IMG/VR virus record: IMGVR_UViG_3300037261_000012
Coordinates: 1-64,000 of that record
DNA from: a virus
Length of the DNA stretch: 64,000 nucleotides
Reading direction: 5' to 3' (one strand)
Part shown: positions 48,359 to 55,585 of the stretch, one piece after another
Layout of the letters: each line of letters opens with the position of its first letter
Position numbering within the stretch: the stretch's first letter is position 1
Notes under the pieces: model-generated
What the model saw: the letters and a program-made list of their open reading frames with translations, nothing else
Told to the model about the DNA's origin: nothing
Databases searched by the model: none
Program-made: the position numbers and the translations under genes

Positions 48359-50335
48359 ATGTTCCTGACTAAAGACTCACAAGAGATTCAGAACCTTTCT
48401 GATGAAGACCTTCGCATACTCCTTGGTGGTAAAGGAGCAGGGCTGGTGCAAATGATTAATGCCGGTGTTAATGTTCCTCCCTTCGTAGTTTTACCTACTA
48501 CTGTGTGGAAGGAGTACAGCAAAGCACCAAAAACAACTATGAAGGCTATATCTCAGGAGATTAACTCAATACTTACTAATTTCAAGAAGCAAATTGGGTA
48601 TATCCCTTTAGTATCTATTAGGTCTGGTGCGCGTGTAAGCTGCCCCGGAATGTTAGACACGATCTTGAATGTTGGGCTTGATATTACAACCCAGGACTTC
48701 TGGATGAGCAAGCTTGGCAAAGAGTGCTACGAGAACAGCCTGCACCGGTTGGTTACCATGTATGGTTCAGTGGTGAAAGGAATCGACAGGAAGGAATTGG
48801 AGCAATGCACTCCTGCTGCTGCGTTCGAACTCTATCAGCGCCGGTCTGGTGAGGTGTTCCCATTCGTGAAGTACCAGATCATCGGAGCCATAGAAGCCGT
48901 GCTAAAAAGCTGGAACAACGAGCGCGCAAAGTATTACCGCAAGATGCACAATATTCCTGAAACATGGGGTACAGCCGTGGTAATACAAGCCATGGTGTTC
49001 GGCAATCTTAATGATCAATCAGGTACGGGAGTTCTTTTTACACGCAATCCTGATAGTGGTGCCAATGCTATCACAGGGGAATTCTTGATAAACGCTCAAG
49101 GTGAGGACGTGGTTGCTGGGATCAGGACTCCGATGCCGTTGCACAAGCTGGCTGAGTGGAACAAGCTGGTGTCTGACGAACTTGCTTCAGTTGTGGAGAA
49201 ACTGGAGAAATCCAAGCAGGATGTTCAAGACGTGGAATTTACGATCCAGGATGGCAAGCTGTTCATTCTGCAAACTAGGAATGCCAAGCGGAGTGCCAAA
49301 GCAGCCATCAGGATTGCCCTGGACATGGTGAAAGAGGGCTTGATTTCAGCAAATGTGGCCGTAGGTCGCGTGACTGCCAGAGATATGGATTTGGTGCAAA
49401 TGAATGTGATTAGCCCGAAATTCAAGAATGTACCTGCCTTTACTGGAATAGGAGCGTGCAGTGGAGTAGTTACTGGGGTGCCAGTGTTCAGCACGGCAGA
49501 TGCGGTAGCCAGCAAGGTTCCGTGTATCCTCATTACCCAAGAAACCACGCCGGAAGACATCGCAGGAATGGATGCAGCGGTTGGAATACTGACTATGACC
49601 GGTGGAACAACCAGCCACGCTGCTGTTGTTGCGCGGGGGATGAACAAGCCATGTGTAGTGGGTTTGGGCGTTGGCCTTAGTGAATTAGCCAATTATGCAT
49701 GGGAGAAGGTTAGCATCTGCGGTGAGACAGGACGAGTGTGGTTCATGGAAGTTCCTGTTACTAATGGCAGCCAGAATGGAGACCTTGCTGAGTTCAAGGC
49801 CATGGTGATTGCTGCCCTTGGAATCATTCCGGTGGTTACTGATCCTACCACTCAGTGCAAGGAAATGATGCTTGATTTGAGCAATGAAACAAACATAGCC
49901 AGAGCACAATTGCTGGTGATGAAAGCGGCTGGTATGTGCGAGATGCTGTACGTGGACTTCCGCAAGGAGAACTTGCCGGAAGCCAGCCAGTCCTTCAACC
50001 GGATGTACGGGTCAACTACATTAGAGCAATCTATAGTGGATGCTGTCTGCAATCAATTGCAGTCCGTAGCCCCCTCTGGGTGGGAAGTCCACATCAAGGT
50101 AATGGTGAGCAATGGGATCAAAACAACCATGCCAATGATCGGAACTATGGACGACATCAAGAGTCTGATTCTTGCTAAAGGTAGTGTGGTGGTTGGCGGG
50201 GAAGACCTGGATGCGGCCACTAAGAAAGTGCTTGAGTGGAAAAAGGCTGAAGGGTTGGAGTTAATGTCAGTTGGAGGGTACATGCCTGGAGTCAAATCTG
50301 TCCTCTCAATTGAGCAGGCAATGCAGATAGAGTAA
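48359..50335 (+). CDS. Pyruvate phosphate dikinase-like protein lacking the PEP/pyruvate-binding barrel
   Basis: LGGKGAGL, VSIRSGA..SCPGMLDTILN, QAMVFGN, NAQGEDVVAGIRTP, DVEFT..LQTR, phospho-His GGTTSHAAVVARG; unrelated C-terminus of about 190 aa. Confidence 0.9.
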   Translation: MFLTKDSQEIQNLSDEDLRILLGGKGAGLVQMINAGVNVPPFVVLPTTVWKEYSKAPKTTMKAISQEINSILTNFKKQIGYIPLVSIRSGARVSCPGMLDTILNVGLDITTQDFWMSKLGKECYENSLHRLVTMYGSVVKGIDRKELEQCTPAAAFELYQRRSGEVFPFVKYQIIGAIEAVLKSWNNERAKYYRKMHNIPETWGTAVVIQAMVFGNLNDQSGTGVLFTRNPDSGANAITGEFLINAQGEDVVAGIRTPMPLHKLAEWNKLVSDELASVVEKLEKSKQDVQDVEFTIQDGKLFILQTRNAKRSAKAAIRIALDMVKEGLISANVAVGRVTARDMDLVQMNVISPKFKNVPAFTGIGACSGVVTGVPVFSTADAVASKVPCILITQETTPEDIAGMDAAVGILTMTGGTTSHAAVVARGMNKPCVVGLGVGLSELANYAWEKVSICGETGRVWFMEVPVTNGSQNGDLAEFKAMVIAALGIIPVVTDPTTQCKEMMLDLSNETNIARAQLLVMKAAGMCEMLYVDFRKENLPEASQSFNRMYGSTTLEQSIVDAVCNQLQSVAPSGWEVHIKVMVSNGIKTTMPMIGTMDDIKSLILAKGSVVVGGEDLDAATKKVLEWKKAEGLELMSVGGYMPGVKSVLSIEQAMQIE

Positions 50336-50391
50336 GTTGTAGGTAGTTACATTTTCGAGTACAATTGGTAGGATAAAGTAGGAGTCCTACC

Positions 50392-50859
50392 TTGCGAACG
50401 GAGTGCCCGAAGTGTGCTAGTGAAAGTGCCCATTATATAAAGAGTGGGCCTGATTTGGTGCTTCGCTGTATGTGTGGGTATTACAAAGTAGTCTTCACTA
50501 TGTTGGGTACCATACAGACAGCTACTGTGGAGTCAGGTATAGATGTGAAGTTGCCGAAACCGAAGTCAAATCTACATAAGACTTTAATGGTGGTTTCAAT
50601 ACTGGATGAGCCTTCCAGTGCAGAGGCAACAGAAAGAATGCAGGATTTGGGAGTATATCGTAATGTGTCTGATGTGAGTTCCTACCTTACGATATTACGC
50701 TCAAAAGGATTGGTTGAAACCGTGGTAGTCAGACGCGGGATGCTTGGAGGCTCCACTTGGAGATTGACGGCAGCCTCATTGAAGTTGCTGAACATAGAGT
50801 GTGCAAGGAGTGAAAATGGCGCTTACACAAGACAAGCTGAGAGAGCTAACCAAGTATGA
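50392..50859 (+). CDS. Zn-ribbon + winged-helix DNA-binding protein
   Basis: CPKC...CMCG; SDVSSYLTILRSKGLV. Confidence 0.7.
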   Translation: MRTECPKCASESAHYIKSGPDLVLRCMCGYYKVVFTMLGTIQTATVESGIDVKLPKPKSNLHKTLMVVSILDEPSSAEATERMQDLGVYRNVSDVSSYLTILRSKGLVETVVVRRGMLGGSTWRLTAASLKLLNIECARSENGAYTRQAERANQV

Positions 50860-50876
50860 CCTAGTAGGGGTTTATC

Positions 50877-51380
50877 ATCGCTCTTACTAAAGAAAGACTT
50901 AAAGAACTAATAACATATGATCCCATAACTGGGGTTATGACTTGGCTTGTTTCACCTAGAGCAAATGTAAAAGTAGGAGACATTGCTGGTTCTGTAGATG
51001 GCAACGGCAGGCTTATGATTATGATTGATCAAGTAAGTTATTATGCGAGCCGATTAATTTGGTTGTATATGGTAGGGCAGTGGCCTGTAGGTGATGTTGA
51101 TCACAAAGATAGAAAACCATTAAATAATAAGTGGGATAATCTTCGGGATGTCCCACATGCAATCAATTGCCAGAATCGATCATTAGCGGTAACCAACAAA
51201 TCAGGACAGACAGGGGTGTATTGGAACGCTCTTGAAAAGAAGTGGAAAGTACAGATTAAAGCCAATAAAGTGAAAAGAAACCTTGGAACCTTTTCTGAGT
51301 TTGAGGGTGCTGTTGCGGCTAGGCTTGCTGCTGAAGCTAAGTATTTTCAACCTGTTTATGGAGAATATCTTGGCTCTTAG
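50877..51380 (+). CDS. HNH endonuclease with AP2 domain (homing endonuclease-like)
   Basis: RLIWLY..G.WP...VDHKD....NNKWDNLR; SGQTGVYW...W.VQI; the family N-terminus LTKERLKELITYDP extends to an ATC codon at 50877. Confidence 0.85.
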   Translation: MALTKERLKELITYDPITGVMTWLVSPRANVKVGDIAGSVDGNGRLMIMIDQVSYYASRLIWLYMVGQWPVGDVDHKDRKPLNNKWDNLRDVPHAINCQNRSLAVTNKSGQTGVYWNALEKKWKVQIKANKVKRNLGTFSEFEGAVAARLAAEAKYFQPVYGEYLGS

Positions 51381-51636
51381 CATAGGAGTTACGAGAGGCA
51401 GTAGGATTAGAGTTGGCCAGTCCATGGTCAAGGTAGAGGAGATCGTTCAGGATGTGGCGGTCACTCTATCAGTGGATGGCGGCAAGAAATTCATGATCAC
51501 GGACTCCGAGCGCACGCAGATTATCCCTGAGGTGTTCGTCCAGCTTGGACTGAATCACCGCAGTAGTGGAACAAACAGTAGTCGCCTTGCGTTTGAAGCC
51601 CCCTTTTCTATAAAAATAAACAGAATAAGACAATAA
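51370..51636 (+). CDS. CsrA-like protein
   Basis: LSIGVTRGSRIRVG...RLAFEAPFSIKINR resembles the CsrA strands; TTG start after GGAG. Confidence 0.5.
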   Translation: MALSIGVTRGSRIRVGQSMVKVEEIVQDVAVTLSVDGGKKFMITDSERTQIIPEVFVQLGLNHRSSGTNSSRLAFEAPFSIKINRIRQ

Positions 51637-51769
51637 TGGACGCACGTTTCTACAGTTTGGAGTTCTGCGTTATCCTGGCTTGTATCCTTCCTGACGACCC
51701 GTTAATTGTGGTAGGGACAGGTGAAGAACTTGGAATTATCATGGATAACATCGCGCAGGATGACAACCT

Positions 51770-52063
51770 ATGAACATCGGGCCAAGAGTCCTGGAGGTGA
51801 TGCAGCACTATGGCATCAGCAAGGACGAGCTTGAGCAGATGGTGCAGAGAGCAGCTATTACCAGTCAGGAAGGTGGCAACAGGAAATTCCATACCTGGAT
51901 ATTCAACGTCCATGATGGTGCTGTGGTAAGCATGAGACCAGTTGAAAAGACCGTGGTAGGAAAGGACAAAGGTAATGGAGTCCAGCACGAAGACTGCGAT
52001 AAATGTGATGGATTCGGGTGTAAAGATTGCGGGTGGTGGGGACACATAATTAGGTACATTTAG
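51770..52063 (+). CDS. Hypothetical protein with C-terminal CxxCxGxG
   Basis: CDKCDGFGCKDCGWWG. Confidence 0.6.
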   Translation: MNIGPRVLEVMQHYGISKDELEQMVQRAAITSQEGGNRKFHTWIFNVHDGAVVSMRPVEKTVVGKDKGNGVQHEDCDKCDGFGCKDCGWWGHIIRYI

Positions 52064-52170
52064 GGCTTGACAGATCACCAGACTTGTGGGAAAATCACCC
52101 TAGATGACCAATGGAGTGTGTGTAAGTAACCGTGCAATCAATTGCAGTAATTACCAAGGAGTGGTATAAC

Positions 52171-52326
52171 GTGAGCTATAAGAGCACGCAGGACAAAGAG
52201 AAACTGGAATACCCATGGACTGCCCGCCAGAAGCGTGACAAGATCGGGCGTGGAGCTAAGAAGCGTGATAAAAAGATGCAGAAAGTAAAGATTAAGAAGG
52301 GCCAGGCTAAGACCAAGCCCAAGTAA
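52171..52326 (+). CDS. Small Lys-rich protein
   Basis: AAGGAG RBS after promoter 52067. Confidence 0.45.
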   Translation: MSYKSTQDKEKLEYPWTARQKRDKIGRGAKKRDKKMQKVKIKKGQAKTKPK

Positions 52327-52379
52327 AGAACTTGCAAAACGCCACGCGAAAAGGGTGGCAAAGAAAGCAAAGTAATTAT

Positions 52380-52456
52380 AGCGGGATAGCGCAGCATGGT
52401 AGAGCGCCAGGCTCATAACCTGGAGGTCGATGGTTCGAATCCATCTCCCGCTACCA
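52380..52456 (+). tRNA. tRNA-Met(CAT), initiator-like acceptor stem
   Basis: AGCGGGA/TCCCGCT stem, CTCATAA loop, GGTTCGAAT, ACCA. Confidence 0.92.
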
Positions 52457-52463
52457 GATTTAT

Positions 52464-52541
52464 AGTAAGATGGCAGAGTGGCCAAATGCAACGGACTGCA
52501 AATCCGTAAAGTCGTCGGTTCGAATCCGACTCTTACTTCCA
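52464..52541 (+). tRNA. tRNA-Cys(GCA)
   Basis: AGTAAGA/TCTTACT, CTGCAAA loop, U73, CCA. Confidence 0.92.
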
Positions 52542-52577
52542 AGATATTGTTGTAAGCCTTCTTATTTCGTCGTTCGA

Positions 52578-52920
52578 AGGCTGGAGTTGCTGAGATAGGT
52601 GTGCAAGAAGGCGGTTTGACTCCGCCCAGGTCCACCAGATGTGCATTGATTGGCTGAAGGGTTACCCAACAAGTCCAAAGGGAGATTAGTAAGCCTGTGT
52701 ACACAGGACGAACATCCTAGAGGTCAGGTAAGCATGGCAAGGTCAATGTACATCTGATGGGCCTGTCCCGATTTCGATTGTGCATCGACGGCAGTGAGGA
52801 CAACACGACAAGGGCGTATCCCGATCACCAATACCCGCCAACGATAGCGAGTATTTTCCGGCACTGCGTCTCGCGGCGTAAGACGGACGGGGTTCCCAGA
52901 ACCTTGTAACCAAAGATGGG
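52578..52920 (+). ncRNA. ssrA: Circularly permuted (two-piece) tmRNA
   Basis: T-arm plus CAGGTCC-A-CCA ends at 52637; the GGGCCTG 5' strand starts at 52759 (G3:U70); P2 GGTGTGCAA/TTGTGCATC; tag ANDSEYFPALRLAA* at 52837-52881; outer ends approximate. Confidence 0.9.
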
Positions 52921-52940
52921 TGGTGATGCCTCGAAAGAGG

Positions 52941-53050
52941 ACATCATCAGAAGTACAAATATAGGCTCACACCGGTAATGCGGGATTCAAAGCCCACCAC
53001 TGGTGCCACCCTGAAGCCTTTAGTAAGGTTGCTTTGTATTTCTGATGATG
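52941..53050 (+). ncRNA. Rod-like structured RNA (about 110 nt) between tmRNA and tRNA-Ser
   Basis: 18-bp closing stem CATCATCAGAAGTACAAA/TTTGTATTTCTGATGATG plus inner stems AGGCT/AGCCT and CACCGGT/ACTGGTG. Confidence 0.5.
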
Positions 53051-53141
53051 GAAAGTTGACCGAGTGGTAAGGTAGCGGTTTGCTAAACCGTAGTCGGCAC
53101 ATAATATGGCCGCACACGTTCGATCCGTGTACTTTCCGCCA
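53050..53141 (+). tRNA. tRNA-Ser(GCT)
   Basis: GGAAAGT/ACTTTCC, TTGCTAA loop, long variable arm, G73, CCA. Confidence 0.92.
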
Positions 53142-53146
53142 AGTAT

Positions 53147-53252
53147 TATGTTGGTAGGTAGTAGATGATATGGGTGGTAGTGCCAAGTTGCCCTTACGAT
53201 AAGCTACTGGTAGTCCAGCAAACCCGGTGCCTATGTGGGTGCCGGGAACATA
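53147..53252 (+). ncRNA. Multibranch structured RNA candidate
   Basis: TATGTT/AACATA closes hairpins including CCCGGTGCCT-ATGT-GGGTGCCGGG. Confidence 0.35.
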
Positions 53253-53318
53253 AGATAAGGAAAGTGTAGCTCAATTTTTAATGGAGTGAATCAATATTCT
53301 AAATTTGGAAAGAAATAT

Positions 53319-53403
53319 GGAGGATAGCGTCAGAGGGGACAAACAGACTTGAAATCTGTCGCCATCCGAAAGGTTGAGAGTTCGACTCTTTTATCCTCCA
53401 CCA
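53319..53403 (+). tRNA. tRNA-Ser(TGA) with 8/4-type acceptor/T stems
   Basis: GGAGGATA/TATCCTCC 8-bp stem, AGAG/CTTT T-stem, CTTGAAA loop, long variable arm, ACCA. Confidence 0.8.
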
Positions 53404-53411
53404 TGAACGAT

Positions 53412-53487
53412 GGTGACTGCAATGTGCTGGAGCGCAGGTTGGGCTGTGAACCCGACAGTTTGGGTTCAATTCCCAACAGCCACCCCA
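53412..53487 (+). tRNA. tRNA-His(GTG)
   Basis: G-1:C73, CTGTGAA loop, TTCAATT T-loop, CCA; atypical D-arm. Confidence 0.82.
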
Positions 53488-53494
53488 GGAACAC

Positions 53495-53569
53495 GGCTCT
53501 GTAGCTGAGACATGATTAGCGCGACTTTGAAAAGGTCGAGAGATTGGACGGTACCAATCGGAGCCACCA
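53495..53569 (+). tRNA. tRNA-Phe(GAA), aberrant T-loop
   Basis: GGCTCTG/CGGAGCC, TTGAAAA loop, 6-nt T-loop ACGGTA, ACCA. Confidence 0.78.
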
Positions 53570-53577
53570 AGTATTAA

Positions 53578-53648
53578 GCGGGTGTCATTGTGGAATGTAA
53601 TGGCCTTCCAAGCCAGGAAAGTAGGTTCGACACCTATCACCCGCTCCA
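53578..53648 (+). tRNA. tRNA-Gly(TCC), reduced D-arm
   Basis: GCGGGTG/CACCCGC, CTTCCAA loop, U73, CCA. Confidence 0.82.
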
Positions 53649-53667
53649 GTATTAGCAGTAGAATTAC

Positions 53668-53741
53668 GGGTTGGTAGCTCAATGGTAGAGCATCGGTCTC
53701 CAAAACCGAGGACTGAGGATCGTAACCTTACCGGCCTGCCA
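53668..53741 (+). tRNA. tRNA-Trp(CCA)
   Basis: CTCCAAA loop, G73, CCA; T-loop ATCGTAA. Confidence 0.88.
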
Positions 53742-53748
53742 AGTATTA

Positions 53749-53823
53749 CTGGGTGTAGCGCAGCCTGGTCAGCGTTTCCGGCCTGGAACCGGAAGGTCGT
53801 TGGTTCGAATCCAACCACCCAGA
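53749..53823 (+). tRNA. tRNA-Pro(TGG) with C33 and A37, no encoded CCA
   Basis: CTGGGTG/CACCCAG, loop CCTGGAA, GGTTCGAAT. Confidence 0.85.
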
Positions 53824-53945
53824 CACGACCGAAATCAGACTCTCAATGGAGAAGTCGATGAAGAAGCAATTGCAGTTAGGCATGAGAAGTATTTGCGTAA
53901 TGGTAACTAAACAGCATTTTGTGATGTTCAACGCACGGAGGAAGT

Positions 53946-54356
53946 ATGAAAAGTACAGCAGTAGCAGAGTGGTCTTTCCCTACTGAGGTGAACCACCCTA
54001 AGAAAATAGCCGCAGCAATGGAGGCTGCGGTCAAGCATAGCCAAAAAATAGAGAGGAAGTATCTGGAGGAAGGGTGGGCAAAAGCTCATGGTCTTCAGTA
54101 TGTCCATCTGCGTGGATATGATATTTTTGGTAAACTGTGCTCAAATGGTGGATTGACCATAGCTTATGTAAAGCCCAAGCACGATTACCAGAATGTGGTA
54201 CTTATTTCCACCGGCTTGTGCAATCCAATTGACTCGTTCTACAAGGAAGATGGGCGTTTCTATGCCGCCAGGGAATTTGCATCTGGACATTACATAAAGG
54301 TGCGTGTTCCTGGTGGTTACGGGGTGGCAGAATATCTGATGCTCATGTTCGATTGA
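53946..54356 (+). CDS. Hypothetical phage protein
   Basis: GGAGG RBS; NGGLTIA...C...DSF....GR. Confidence 0.65.
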   Translation: MKSTAVAEWSFPTEVNHPKKIAAAMEAAVKHSQKIERKYLEEGWAKAHGLQYVHLRGYDIFGKLCSNGGLTIAYVKPKHDYQNVVLISTGLCNPIDSFYKEDGRFYAAREFASGHYIKVRVPGGYGVAEYLMLMFD

Positions 54357-54447
54357 TGGTCGAACAGTCGGTGAATCTGATTCATTTACTGGAACTCCAT
54401 TTGGAACCTGCCGATTATAAGCGTTTCCCCGGCCGGTCGCGGCACCA

Positions 54448-54524
54448 AGGCAGTGTAGCTCAGTTGGTAGAGCAAGAGCCTTCTAAGCTCTGTGTCGAAG
54501 GTTCGATTCCTTCACTGGCTACCA
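54448..54524 (+). tRNA. tRNA-Arg(TCT), irregular acceptor stem
   Basis: AGAGC-CTTCTAA-GCTCT, canonical D and T loops, ACCA; pairs best as 8/4 with a G.G mismatch. Confidence 0.82.
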
Positions 54525-54532
54525 GATTAAAT

Positions 54533-54607
54533 GGGCCGGTAACTCACTGGTGAGAGTTTCGTCCTCATAAGGCGAGAGGGGTGGATCGTAACCACCACGG
54601 CCCACCA
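54533..54607 (+). tRNA. tRNA-Ile2/Met(CAT)
   Basis: GGGCCG/CGGCCC stem (Ile2-like), CTCATAA loop, ACCA. Confidence 0.82.
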
Positions 54608-55010
54608 AGGTAAATAGTGAAGAAAGTGCTTGACAGATCGGGTGAATTGTGGGAAACTCCTCTATGAAGTGCAATCAATTGCAGTGCTAACCAAAGGAGT
54701 GGAAGATGAAGATTGTGTTTGGTAATATCCCGCCGAGAACAAAACTTCTAAGATTAACTGAGGTTGGTGAAGTTGTTATGCGTACAGGGGTTGGATGCAC
54801 ATAATCTAAATCTTTTAGTATTGGATGTCAAGGAGACATCATAATGCGGGCAGTAGCATGTGATGTTACACGAAAAGCCATTGAAAGAACTCGCAGTGAA
54901 CCATGGCGAGATACCTACGTTGTTAATCTTAAGACCGGCAGCGCCTGGTTTGCTGATGGCAACGAACAAGTCATTCCGATGAAAGCAGTCCTGGGCGTGG
55001 AGAAAGACCA

Positions 55011-55511
55011 GTGAAAGTAGGACTAGGTACACTAAAAATGCCTCTTTGGTTTGGGCGCTATGCTGTCGTTACTGGTGGCCCGTACTACGACTGCCCGCGC
55101 TATATGTTTGGCGTGAAGATGGCGGAAGAAATACGTGCGCCCAATCAAGTGAGTGTGCCTACTAGGGACTTTGGTGTGCCGAAGACCTCTGCCCTTGACA
55201 ATGGAGTAAAGTTGACCGTGCAAGCGGTATTGTCGGGGCAGCAGGTCTACGTTGGCTGCATGGGGGGTAAAGGAAGAACTGGATTGTTCTTAGCTGTGTT
55301 GGCCAAAGCTTTTGGGGTAAAGAACCCAGTTGAATATGTCAGAAAGCATTACTATGAACACGCGGTGGAAACCAAAGAACAGTATGCTTTCGTCACCCAC
55401 TATCAAGTGCCACGCCAGGTGCTTCTGAGTATCAGCCTGAGCAAGTGCCTGTCGTTCATGCGCCCAAAGAACATAACTTCCACTATCAATCACAATGATG
55501 ATTGGAAATAG
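55011..55511 (+). CDS. CX5R protein tyrosine/dual-specificity phosphatase
   Basis: RDFGVP, YVGCMGGKGRTG, AVETKEQ. Confidence 0.88.
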   Translation: MKVGLGTLKMPLWFGRYAVVTGGPYYDCPRYMFGVKMAEEIRAPNQVSVPTRDFGVPKTSALDNGVKLTVQAVLSGQQVYVGCMGGKGRTGLFLAVLAKAFGVKNPVEYVRKHYYEHAVETKEQYAFVTHYQVPRQVLLSISLSKCLSFMRPKNITSTINHNDDWK

Positions 55512-55585
55512 TTGCGAAAGTGCTTGACAGACGGGCCTGATTGTGGGAAACTGTCTTATGGTTATTTCAATACAATGGAGTGTTA

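Noticed and set aside
53319-53403. Selenocysteine or opal-suppressor tRNA
   Set aside because: The anticodon is TGA (reads UCA, Ser), not TCA.
54448-54524. Amber-suppressor tRNA (CTA within the loop) or stop-codon reassignment
   Set aside because: In the 7-nt loop CTTCTAA the central triplet is TCT (Arg). TAA, TAG and TGA all terminate well-supported genes.
54353-54553. 66-aa ORF
   Set aside because: It overlaps tRNA-Arg and tRNA-Ile2; the translation simply reads through tRNA sequence.
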